From an uncultured Actinomycetota bacterium (lineage in GTDB: Bacteria > Actinomycetota > UBA4738 > HRBIN12), in contig CAVTEH010000009.1 of NCBI GenBank assembly GCA_963733635.1, positions 64,873 to 128,872 of the forward strand: a stretch of DNA of 64,000 nt, read 5' to 3'. The position numbers were made by a program, and so were the translations under genes. Positions 1 through 10,953 of this stretch are shown here, piece after piece. The notes beneath the pieces are model-generated. The model did not search any database and was not told the origin of the DNA. It was given only the letters and a program-made list of their open reading frames with translations. The first letter of the stretch is position 1, and every line of letters starts with the position of its first letter.

Positions 1-672
1 GCGAGCTGCGATCTCAGATCGGGCCGAACGGACACATCGGTACCGCCACGGTGTTCGACCACGCGTTGGGGGTGCTCGCATTGGAATCGGCGGGGCTGAA
101 GCCCGCCGCTCGCGTCACCCGCTGGCTGCGTCAACGGCCAGTGTCCCGACGGCGGGTGGGCGTTCGATGCTCGCTACGCGCCCGCCACCGACGACGATCA
201 CTGCGACGACGGCTCGGGGAACGACTTCTTCCCATCGGACTCGAACACCACGTCCTATGCGGTGCAGGCGCTGGAAGCGGCCGACCGCGGGACCTACCCG
301 AACGACCCCTTCGCGTTCTTCGACACCGTGCGTGACCCGGCTCACAGGGGCTGGGCGTACTCGGCGGCGTTCATCGCCACCGACGCCAACTCCACTGCCT
401 TGGTGCTGCAGGCCCATGCAGCGGCCGGCGAACCGGTGCCCGCCGGCGGCCGGAGGGCACTGCGCCAGCTGCAAGACACTTCGTGCGGGGCATGGTCGTT
501 CACGTGGGAAGCGGCCGCGCCGCGACTGACCGAATCGGATGCTCGTCGCGGCGACGTGCGGACCGCCCCGGACGTGGGTGCCACGATCGGAGCGGTGCCG
601 GGCATCCTACGTGCCGCGTTCCCGGTCGAGGGGCCGGTCAGCAAGCTCGTGCCACCGGCCGTCGCCTGCTGA
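1..672 (+). CDS. Prenyltransferase/squalene-oxidase-repeat (alpha/alpha barrel) secreted protein, 5'-truncated by the window edge, frameshift near 138
   Basis: Joined frames give WLRQRQCPDGGWAF...DSNTTSYAVQAL...GWAY...TDANSTALVLQA (QxxDGGW and D-x-NST-x-x-x-Q repeats). Lies directly upstream of an ECF operon. Confidence 0.65.
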
Positions 673-675
673 CGC

Positions 676-1627
676 ATGCGCGCCGTTCCTCCGCCTCACC
701 CTGGTCGCCATCCTCGGCGCGTCGGTGTTCGCACCGGCCGCCGCGGGGTCGGCGCCGGCGTGTGCAGCCGAGGGATCGGGCGCGCCGCCATGCCGCGTTG
801 GTCGTCGGACACCGGAGGCGCCACCACGACCTATTGCGTCGCGCTCGATGCCACGAGCGTCACCGGTATCCGCCTGATCCAGCTCGCCGGGAGCCAGTTC
901 GGGCTGCGGGTACCGGCTGGGGTTCGGCGGGCAGGCCGTGTGCCAGCTGTCGGGCGTCGGCCCCTCGGGCGGCGATTGCTTCGCCGACTACCCGGACTTC
1001 TGGGGGTACTGGCACGGTGACGGCCGAGGTGGTTGGAGCTGGGCGGGTTCCGGAGCGGCATCCGCGTCGGTCGGCGACGGTGACATGGAGGGCTGGGTGT
1101 GGGGCTCGGGTGACACGGCCTCCACGCACCAGGCACCCCCGGCGCTCGCGTTCGACGACGTGTGCGATGACCGCTCGACCCCGCCGACCCGCCACCCCCG
1201 CCCGGTGACGGCGGTGGTAGTGGGAACGGTGATGGCGATGGATCGGGCGGCGGCGGCCAAGGTGGTGCCGGACCGAACACCGGCGACGGTGGCACCGGCG
1301 GATCGCGAGACAACAGGAAGGAGAACGGAAGCAACGGTGGATCTCGAGGACCAGAGTGGCGCCGGCGCGGTTGATCCCCGGAGCGACGGTACGGATGATC
1401 GTGACGCCGGCGACCGGCAGGCTTCTCCGACGGTCGCCGCGACCCCCTCGATCACGTCGGCGACACCCATCACCGCCCTCGCAGGCGGCACCACGGGCGC
1501 CGGCGGTGGGGGCGGTCCGCCGGCCGGAGCGCTGCTCGCCGTGATCGGTGTGGCCGCTCTCGGCGCCGGCGGATGGTTCCTGCGTCGCCGGCAGATCACA
1601 CCCGCCAAGCACACCAGAGGCGACTGA
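676..1627 (+). CDS. SCO2322-like / DUF4430-like secreted protein with C-terminal membrane anchor (frameshifted)
   Basis: Signal peptide, then ALVVDTGG..TYCV..VCQLSG.GP..GDCF..YPDFWGYW..WSWAGSGA...DGDMEGWVWG, a Gly/Ser/Thr-rich linker and a C-terminal TM with basic tail. Confidence 0.6.
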
Positions 1628-1630
1628 GCC

Positions 1631-2430
1631 GTGCATCCGGCCGCGTGGCTCGTGTGGGCGACCTGTGCGGGCCTGGTCACGTTCACCACCACCGATCCGT
1701 TCTACCTGGCGATGGTGGTGGCTGCGTCGTGGTTCGTCTACGCCGCCCAGCGCATCCCGGGCGAGACGTCGCGTTCGTTCCGCATGTTCGCGATCGCGGG
1801 GGTGCTGACCATGGTGGTGCGCACGGCGTTGGTGTTCTTCGGAACGGTCGACGCCGGGAGCGTGGCGTTCGCGGCGCTCGAAGGAGCCCGGCTCGCGACG
1901 CTGCTTGGTCGTCTTCGGCACCTTCAACGCCGTGACGGACCCCTTCGGCGTCGTTCGACTCGCGCCGCGGCGCTTCCACGAGCCCGCGCTCGCCGCCGCG
2001 CTCGCGCTGTCGATCGCCCCACGAACCATCTCCATGGTCGGCCGCGTCCGCGAGGCCCAGCGCTTGCGCGGGTTCCAGACGTCCCGCTGGCGAACCCTGC
2101 CGGCCCTGGCCCTGCCGGTGCTCGAGACCGGCATGGACGAAGCCGTCACGCTGGCCGAGTCCATGGACGCACGCGGCCACGGACGGGGTCGCCGAACCCG
2201 ATACCGCCCTGCCCGATGGACGACGGGCGCGGTGGTCATGACCGTGTGCGCGTCGATCTCCGCGGCGCGTGTTCCTGGCAGCGGCGTTCAGCGGCCGAGG
2301 CGGGCTGCACCCGTCGACGTTCCCGCTGACCTGGCCCGAGGCCGATCCGCTGCTGATCGCCACGATCGCCCTGCTGGCGGTTCCGGGTCTGCTGCCGCAC
2401 CAACGTCCCTCCACCGAGGACCAGCGATGA
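1631..2430 (+). CDS. ECF transporter T component (CbiQ/EcfT family), frameshifted
   Basis: MHPAAWLVW start, hydrophobic helices, EAQRLRG and AESMDARG coupling motifs. ATGA overlap with the ATPase gene. Confidence 0.85.
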
Positions 2431-4004
2431 GCGAGGCCGTGCGCTTCGAGGGCGTCACGTTCCGATTTCCCGAGACCCGCCGGCCGGCGATCGAGGACGT
2501 CACCCTCTCGATCGACGACGGTACGTTCGTGCTGGCCGTGGGACCGACGGGCGCCGGCAAGTCGACGTTCCTGCGAGCGGTGAACGGGTTGGTGCCGCAC
2601 TTCACGGGCGGTGCGTTCCGCGGCCACGTCACCGTCGATTCGCGCGACACGCTCGACTTCCCGCCTCGCAAGCTCGCCGACGTCGTGGCCTACGTGCCGC
2701 AGGACCCCGGGGCGTCGTTCGTGCTGGATCGCGTGGAGGACGAGCTCGCATACGGCATGGAGAACCTGGGCGTCGACCCCGCGCACATGCGGCGCCGCGT
2801 GGAGGAGATGCTCGACCTGCTCGACATCGAACCCCTCCGCATGCGCAGCGTGCGAACGCTGTCGGGCGGCGAACGCCAGCGCGTCGCGATCGCGGCGGCG
2901 CTGGCGGCCGGACCGCGCATCCTGGTGCTCGACGAGCCCACGTCACAGCTGGACCCCCAGGCCGCCGAGCATGTCGTGGCGGCGCTGCAGCGCCTCGTGC
3001 ACGACCAGGGCATGACCGTCGTGCTGGCCGAGCACCGGCTCGAGCGGGTCGCGGGCTTCGTGGACCGCGCGATCGGGTTCGAGGCCGGTCGTGCGTTCGC
3101 GGGCGAACCGGCCGAAGTGATCCGGCGTCTCGCGCTGGGGCCGCCCGTGGCGCGATTGGGACGCCTGGCCGGCTGGGACCCGGTGCCCCTCACCGTTCGC
3201 GACGCCCGGCGGATGGGCGGCCCGCCGGCTCTCGCGTTACCAGTCTGTCGGAGACACGTGCGACGCCGACGCGACCCAACGATCGAGGTGCGCGGGGTCG
3301 AGGCGCGGCACGGCGACCACGTCGCGCTACGGGACATCGACCTCGACGATCGCGGCGGGAGAGATCGTCGCCGTCATGGGGCGCAACGGCGCGGGCAAGA
3401 CGACGCTGCTCCGAGCGATGGCCGGGGTGCACGCACCGCAGAAGGGCTCGGTCCGCATCGGTGGTCACGCGCCGGAGCCCGGCGTCGACGTCGGGCTGTG
3501 CCCGCAGGATCCGGACACGATCCTGTTCGCCGAGACCGTGGCGGGCGAGGTGCGCGCAACGCTCACGGCCCGCGGGCTCGGACAGGGCCCCGGGCCGGTC
3601 CTGGAGGCGCTCGGCATCGCGGACCTCGCGGACCGGCATCCCGCGTGACCTGAGCGCCGGGCCAACGATTGCTGGTCGCCACGGCGGCGGTCGCCGCCGG
3701 CATGGCGCCCGTGATCGCACTGGACGAGCCCACCCGCGGGCTCGACCCCGACGCGAAGGAACGGCTGATCCGGTTCCTGCGCGGCGTCGCGGCCGACGGC
3801 GGTGTCGCGATCGTCGCCACCCACGACGTGGAGCTCGCCGCCGCGTTGGCGACCCGGGTCGTGATGCTGGCGGGCGGCGAGGTCGTCGCAGACGGCGCCA
3901 CCGATGTGGTCCTGGGCGACTCCACGGTGTTCGCACCGCAGATGACCCGGGCGTTCGGACCCGGCTGGCTGACGCCCGAGCAGGTCGCGGAGGCGTTGGC
4001 GTGA
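2427..4004 (+). CDS. ECF transporter dual-domain ABC ATPase (frameshifted)
   Basis: Two Walker A motifs (GPTGAGKST, GRNGAGKTT), LSGGERQR signature, two LDEPT Walker B motifs. Confidence 0.9.
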
Positions 4005-4833
4005 TCCGCACCGCCACGGCAGCGCGATCCAGCCGTCGAAGCTCCCGGCCGGCCGGCGCGGTGCCTACCGCGAGCGCACCCGCATCCGGCTCGCGGTCCT
4101 GATCGGGGTCAACGTGCTGGGGCTGCTGGCGTTCCTGTGGCCCTTCGTGTTGCCGCTGGCGCCGGGCGTCAACGAGAACCACCGCGCCGATGGGCCACTG
4201 ATCTTGGTCGTCCTGCTGCTGTGCCTGGGGTCGGTGCTGTTCGTCGAGCTTGGCCGCGGCGGGCTTGGGGCCGAAAACGATCGCGCTGCTCGGTGTGCTG
4301 GGCGCCGCGATGGTGGCGCTCCGGCTTCCGGGGTTCGTGGCCGGATTCAGCGCGATGTTCATCGTGGTGCTGGTCGCGGGCAACTCGTTCGGGCCCGGGT
4401 TCGGGTTCCTGCTGGGCATGGTGGGCACGTTCGCGAGTGGGCTGTTCCTGGGCGGGCTGGGCCCATGGTTGCCGTTCCAGATGGTGGCGGTGGGCTGGGT
4501 GGGGCTGGGCGCGGGCCTGCTGCCCAGGGCGACCTGGCGCGTGCGGATCGGCTCGCTCGCCGCCTACGGGGTATCAGCGGCTACCTGTTCGGCGCGATCA
4601 TGAACCTGTGGTCGTGGCCGTTCCTGACGGCCGGCTCGGCGATCAGCTGGGATCCCGACGCCGGTGCAGCCACCAACCTTCGCCACTACGCCACGTTCTA
4701 CGCCGCGACCTCGTTCGCGTGGGACACGTTCCGTGCCGTCGGCAACGCCGTGCTGGTGCTGGTGCTGGGACGGCCGTTGCTGGGTGCGCTGGACCGCGCG
4801 GCGCGCCGCATGCGCCTCGACGTGGGTCCGTGA
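4001..4833 (+). CDS. ECF transporter S component (CbrT/HtsT-like), frameshifted
   Basis: KTIALLGVL, FGPGFGFLLG, GGLGPWLPFQM, IMNLWSWPF and TSFAWDTFRAVGN match actinobacterial SCO2325-type S components. Confidence 0.8.
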
Positions 4834-4881
4834 TACAACGGCCAGGTCACCCGGGCGAACGTCCCGCCGGAAGGAGCATCC

Positions 4882-5096
4882 ATGTCAGGGTTCCCTCCCT
4901 CGTTCTTCGAAGATCCCAAGGCCTTCGAGCCCAAGGAGGTCGAAGAGCTCGAGGAACACGAGCGCCACGAGGACCACACGATCACGAGCACGGTGACGAC
5001 TGCGGCCACGAAGCGCTGCCCCACGGTGACCACGTCGACTACGTGCACGACGGCCACCGCCACTTCTTCCACCACGACCACTGGGACGAGCACTGA
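4882..5096 (+). CDS. Small His-rich putative metal-binding protein (one frameshift near 4980)
   Basis: SD GAAGGAG. Joined frames give MSGFPPSFFEDPKAFEPKEVEELEEHERHEDH..HEHGDDCGHEALPHGDHVDYVHDGHRHFFHHDHWDEH. Confidence 0.7.
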
Positions 5097-5155
5097 CGAC
5101 GACACCCCAACCGCCGAGCCCTCGAACGAGGGTTCGCAGGCTGCCTGAGCTGGGC

Positions 5156-5776
5156 GTGTACGAGCGGCAACAGCTGCACGCCATCTTGGACGAGGCGCTG
5201 ATCTGCCACGTGGCCTACATCGCCGCGGACGGCGATCCGCGGGTGATCCCCACGATCCACGCCCGGATCGGCGACACCCTCTATCTGCACGGTTCACGGG
5301 CGTCCGGGACCCTGCGCGCGCTCCGCGACGGCGCGCACGTGGCGGTGGCGGTCACGCTGATCGACGGCATCCGGTTCGCCCGTTCGATGTTCGAGCACTC
5401 CATGAACTACCGCTCGGTCATCGTCTACGGCGAGGCGGTCGAGGTCACCGATACCGAAGAGCTGCGCACCGTGTTCGGCACGATCACCGATCACGTCGCC
5501 CAAGGGCGTGCCGCCGACGCACGCCGCCCGCACGATGACGAGCTGCGTCAGACCATGTTCCTGAAGATCCCGCTCGACGAGGCGTCCGCCAAGGTGAGCA
5601 CCGGCCAGGCCGAAGACGCCGAGCCCGACTACGAGCTGGATGTGTGGGCGGGCATCCTGCCCCTGCGCACGGTGCCGGGCGAGCCCATCCCCGATCCGCG
5701 CAACAAGGCCGACCTGGGGACCCCCTCGTACCTCACCGACTACGGCCGCCCGGGCGAAGCCCGCCCGGGTTCGTGA
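5156..5776 (+). CDS. Pyridoxamine 5'-phosphate oxidase-family (NimA-like) flavin-binding protein; true start probably slightly upstream
   Basis: ILDEALICHVA, LYLHGS, VTLIDG..ARSMFEHSMNYRSV, VWAGILP. Confidence 0.85.
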   Translation: MYERQQLHAILDEALICHVAYIAADGDPRVIPTIHARIGDTLYLHGSRASGTLRALRDGAHVAVAVTLIDGIRFARSMFEHSMNYRSVIVYGEAVEVTDTEELRTVFGTITDHVAQGRAADARRPHDDELRQTMFLKIPLDEASAKVSTGQAEDAEPDYELDVWAGILPLRTVPGEPIPDPRNKADLGTPSYLTDYGRPGEARPGS

Positions 5777-5779
5777 TCA

Positions 5780-6412
5780 TCAGCCCTGCGTCTGCTCGGA
5801 CACCAAGCGTTCGCTGAACCGTTCGATCACCGCGGCCACCTGCAGGACCGAGAGATCGCCGTTCGGACCCAGGGCGACCATCGCCAACAGATCGCCTTCC
5901 TCGACGATCAGGTCCTCACCGTTCAGGTTCAAGAACACCGCCGTCGACAGGAGCGCCATGCGCGCGTTGCCTCGCTCGAACGGGACCTTCCCGCATCATG
6001 GCCAACAGCAGCGCGGCAGCCTTCAGATGCAGGCCCGGGTAGACATCGCGTCCCTCGTCGGTGCGCAGCGGTTCCTCGACCACCACCTTGAGCCGGTCGA
6101 CGTCCACATCGACATCGTGGCCGAGCTCGGCATCGCCGATCGAAAGGATGTCGTCGGCGGAGAGAGCAGCGAACACGGCTACAGGATCCCCCAGCTCGTC
6201 CAGCGGGGCGCGGAGCCGTTCGTGGGCCCGCTCGGTGAAACCATCGACCAACGACCGCCGTCCCGCACCGTCCAGGTACTGCAGCAGACGCCCGCTGAAC
6301 GTGCAGGTCGGAAGGCTCACCACTGACGCGGGTGAGGGTGTCGAGGACGTCACCGACCTCGCGAGGGATCCGGACCGTGAGCTCTTGGATCGGGGGGCAC
6401 CTCCGAGTCCAT
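5780..6412 (-). CDS. Doc/Fic-fold protein with degenerate catalytic loop (frameshifted)
   Basis: Joined frames: YPGLHLKAAALLLAMMREGPFERGNARMALLSTAVFLNLNG..., aligning by eye with Doc (YP.L..KAAAL...HPFxDGNKR.A....FL.LNG). Confidence 0.6.
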
Positions 6413-6488
6413 GGTATGGCCGATGAGCGTCAGGGTCGAATCGGAGTCCTCCGATCGGCCGAGTTGACGGCGGGAGACATGTCGGGTA

Positions 6489-6509
6489 GATATATCGGCT
6501 CGATATATC
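6489..6509. promoter_or_regulatory. Perfect inverted repeat GATATATCG-N3-CGATATATC, likely PadR operator
   Basis: AT-rich 9-bp IR, ending 64 bp upstream of the padR start, in a GC-rich background. Confidence 0.7.
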
Positions 6510-6572
6510 GCGGGCCGCTCGATGGACCCGCGACGTCCACCCGAACGCCTCGCCGAAAGGATACCTGTCGCC

Positions 6573-7177
6573 ATGCTCGAGCTTGCGATCTTGGGATCGC
6601 TGAAGGATCAGCCGATGCACGGTTACCAGCTCTCGCGCGAGATGGGCGAGGCGCTGGGCGGCTTCTGGCGAGTGTCCTACGGCTCGCTCTACCCCACCCT
6701 GCGGCGCCTCGAGCGCGAGGGCGAGGTCGAGACCGTGCCGAACGAGTCCGCCGGGTCGGGACGCCGCAAGCACGTCTACCGCATCACCGAGAAAGGTGAG
6801 CGCGCGTTCCTGGAACTGCTCCAGGAAGCGCCCGGCGACACCAACTCCGAGGACACGCGGTTCCGGGTGCGGTTGGCGTTCTTCCGCTACCTGCCGCCGG
6901 AGACCCGCATCCGCTTGCTCGAACGCCGCCGCGCGGCGCTGCAGGAACGACTCAACACGATCGCCGACTCTCAGCGGACGGCGCGTCCGCGGGACGACGA
7001 CTACACCAAGGCGCTGATCGAACATGGTCGAAGCGCCACCCGGTCCGACATCGAATGGCTCGGCGGCCTCATCCAGGCCGAGCGGTCGAAGTCGGCGGAC
7101 CGGGATCTCGCCGCGACGTCCGGGCGAGGGGGTCAGGAGCGTCATTCCTCGACGCTCCACAGGAAGGAGCGCGCATC

Positions 7178-7181
<4 letters not shown>
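6573..7181 (+). CDS. PadR-family transcriptional regulator (Rv0047c-like)
   Basis: [17 protein letters not shown]...[25 protein letters not shown]; [12 protein letters not shown]-coupled to ino1. Confidence 0.93.
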
Positions 7182-8305
<1,124 letters not shown>

Positions 8306-8313
8306 CCGGTCTC

Positions 8314-8337
8314 GTAGGCCGGGGCTTGCCCCCGGGC
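8314..8337 (+). repeat. GTAG-type REP-like palindrome (family A)
   Basis: GTAG-GCCGGGG-CTTGC-CCCCGG; near-identical copy at 19707. Confidence 0.6.
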
Positions 8338-8355
8338 TCGCCCCGTCTCCCGACG

Positions 8356-9021
8356 TCAACCCACCCGGATCGTCGAGGGCTCCGACCACATGGATCGCCC
8401 GCCGGCCAGCCTGCGCATCCGTGCGCGGAACCGGTACGTGCCCTCGCCCGACGGGGGCACGAAGGCGCGCTTGCGTTCGGCCGTGCCTGAGCTCCAGCCC
8501 TTCCAGACCTTGCCGGGGCGCCGGATCTGCACGTCGTACACGAACCCGTCCGGCGCCGTCTGGCTCGCCCACGTCGCGGTGAACATGCGGTGCACGCCGC
8601 CGCGGGCCGGCGAGACGTGCATCGGAACCCGCACGCGCCCACCCATCTCGAGTGCGGAGTGCACACGAACCTGAAGGTGCCGGCGGCCTCGAACGTGAAC
8701 GAGCGCTGGCTCCGCCCGGACCAACCGAACCCGAGTCGTACAGTTCCATGCCGGTGTTGTCGGTCGCCGTGTGATGGTCGTCTGGGACCCACGAAGTCGA
8801 ACATCACCGTGTCACCGCGACCGATCGAAACATCCGAGGATCGAACCCGAGATCCTCGGACTTCAACATGGGTGACGTCCGGCGTGCTCGGCGCCCGCTG
8901 GACGCACGGGCACATGTGGCGCTTGGCCGACCGCGGCTGCGGGCACGCACGAACGACGCCATGGCAACGGTGGCACTGTTGCGACCGCACCGTCGTCGCG
9001 ATGAACCCCCTCATCTGCATG
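8356..9021 (-). CDS. Secreted cupredoxin (blue copper) domain plus beta-sandwich C-terminal domain (multiple frameshifts)
   Basis: GDTVMFDF..HHTATD..LYDSG..SFTFEAAGTFRFVCTPH(L)EMGGRV gives the His / Cys-x2-His-x2-Met type-1 Cu ligand set. Confidence 0.65.
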
Positions 9022-9086
9022 CCTCGCACAACCTGCGTATCGGCTTCGGCGCTGCGTTCCCGAAGCGCCACCCGTAGATTGCAACG

Positions 9087-10557
9087 GTGAGCGCCACCGG
9101 AGCCCGTCTGGGCAGCGTGCGAGACGCCCTGCGCCACAGCGATTTCCGCCGACTCTTGGCGATCCGACTGATCAGCCAGAGCGCGGACGGACTGATCCAG
9201 GCCGCGCTGGTCGCATCCCTGGTGTTCTCGCCCGAGGAACAGACGACCGCGGCTGGGTTCGCGCTGGCATCGGCGATCGTGATCGTGCCGTTCTCGCTGA
9301 TCGGTCCGTTCGCGGGCGTGTTCATCGACCGATGGTCGCGGCGGCGCATCCTGATCGTGGCGCCGCTGATACGAGCGGCGCCGGCGTTCCTGGTGCTGGC
9401 CGACCCGGTCCGACAGGCGGCGTGGTTCTACGCCGCGGCCCTCTTCGTCACGTCGGTGAACCGGTTCTTCCTGGCGACCGCGCAAGCGGTGGTTCCGCGG
9501 TTGGTGCCGACCGAGGATCTGTTGGTCGCCAACGGCGTCGCCACCGTGGGGGGCACCGTGGCGTTGCTGGTCGGCGTCTTCGCGGGCGGGCTCATCTCCG
9601 ACGCCTTCGGCAACACGTGGATCGTGACGGCTGCGGCCGTGATGTGGGTCACGACATCGGCGGTGGCTTCCCGCATCCGCAGCACCCTGGTCCCGCACCA
9701 GTTGCCTGAGGTCCCGAGCTGCTGCGCCATCAACTTCGCAGGGTCGGGGTGGAGTTCGTTGACGGGATCCGCTCGCTGGCGCGCACGCCTCGTGCGGTGG
9801 CTCCCATCACCTCGATCGCGCTGGATCAGCTGGGCCAGGGCTTGGTCCTGGTGCTGGCACTGGTGGTGTTCCGGGATCGATTCAGCCAGGGCGTGGGCTC
9901 GTTCTCGTGGCTGATCGGTGCGGGAGGCGTCGGCGTGATGCTGGGACTGGCCACGATCAACTCGTTGGACCGGCGGTTCCCACGGGCTCGCATCGTCGCC
10001 GCCTCGTTCGCGTTCGGCGGGGTGGCCGTCCTGTTCGTCGCCCTGGTGCTGAACCGGTACACGGTGTTGATCGCGAGCTTCGCGGTCGGGCTCTCGTTCG
10101 CATGGAAGAAGGTGCCGATCGACACGATGGTGCAGGAGGCGGTGCCCGACGGCCTGCGCGGCCGCGTCTTCGCGGTGTACGACGTCGTCTACAACCTGGC
10201 TCGGCTGCTGGCGGCGATGCTGGCGGTCGTGCTGCTGCCCACGGTGGGCGTGCGAGGCGCCGCCGCGCTGGTGGGAGTGGCGTTCCTGCTGTGGGTGCCC
10301 GTGCTGCCGCGATGGTTGCGGCGGGCGCCCGAGATCCGGTTGCTCATCGCCCGTGATGCGCCCGCCGGTGCCCGCCGAGCGCGGTGGTCTGGGGCGGCGT
10401 CGAGGAGCGGGTCACCGTGTTGGACGGTGGTCAGCGCCACACGGACGGCCGGCCGCGCGGCGGGTTCCGAGTTGTCATTGGCGGACGGAACGGAGCTGGA
10501 CGTCAGTCACGACGAACCCGACGGCCAGTGGCGATCGACCGCGAGAGGGCGGACTGA
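9087..10557 (+). CDS. MFS transporter (Rv0037c-like) with extra small C-terminal domain (frameshifts)
   Basis: DFRRLLAIRLISQSADG, PFSLIGPFAGVFIDRWSRR, DTMVQEAVPDGLRGRVFAVYDVVYN. Usual neighbour of ino1/cca in actinobacteria. Confidence 0.85.
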
Positions 10558-10737
10558 GCCGAGCGTCCGGCCCGGACAGCGCGCGCCGCGGGGGTACCCC
10601 GGATCCCGGACGGGGCGGTACGTAGTTCTCCTTACGCCCGGCACGGTAGCCGGGACCACCGTGATCGGGTATCGACCTGTGGACGCAACACCTGCCACCA
10701 TGTGCCCACGGCGCGACAGACGGAAAGGTCGACGGAG

Positions 10738-10815
10738 ATGGCGATGAAGGCACTGCTCGAGGAGCGGAACCTCGATCGCCTCATCCGCCCCGCCGCCCTG
10801 GTCGTGGCTCCGTAA
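10738..10815 (+). CDS. Small ORF, 25 aa (MAMKALLEERNLDRLIRPAALVVAP)
   Basis: GGAAAGG/GGAG SD, GC3-rich codons, followed by hairpins and a terminator. Not in the supplied ORF track because it is too short. Confidence 0.5.
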   Translation: MAMKALLEERNLDRLIRPAALVVAP

Positions 10816-10864
10816 GCGAACATCGGTTCCTCACCGACGTAGCCCGGGATCCCCCTCGCGGGCT

Positions 10865-10926
10865 CACGGAGGCCGGGGCGACCGGGAACGCGGCACGCGA
10901 TCCCGGGAGCTCCGGCCTCTTTCGTG
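10865..10926 (+). terminator. Long hairpin with U-tract
   Basis: GAGGCCGGGGC...GCTCCGGCCTC-TTT with inner stems CCGGGA/TCCCGG and CGCG/CGCG. Confidence 0.65.
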
Positions 10927-10953
10927 TCCGGCTCGGTCCGAGAGGTTCGGTGC

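Noticed and set aside
1-672. Squalene-hopene cyclase or terpene biosynthesis gene
   Set aside because: Only QW-like repeats are visible, there is no DxDD catalytic context, and the ECF neighbourhood favours a binding protein.
10600-10930. tmRNA, RNase P RNA, 6C or Ms1 RNA
   Set aside because: No tRNA-like ends, no RNase P conserved regions, no twin C-rich loops, and the peptide does not end in an ALAA-type tag.
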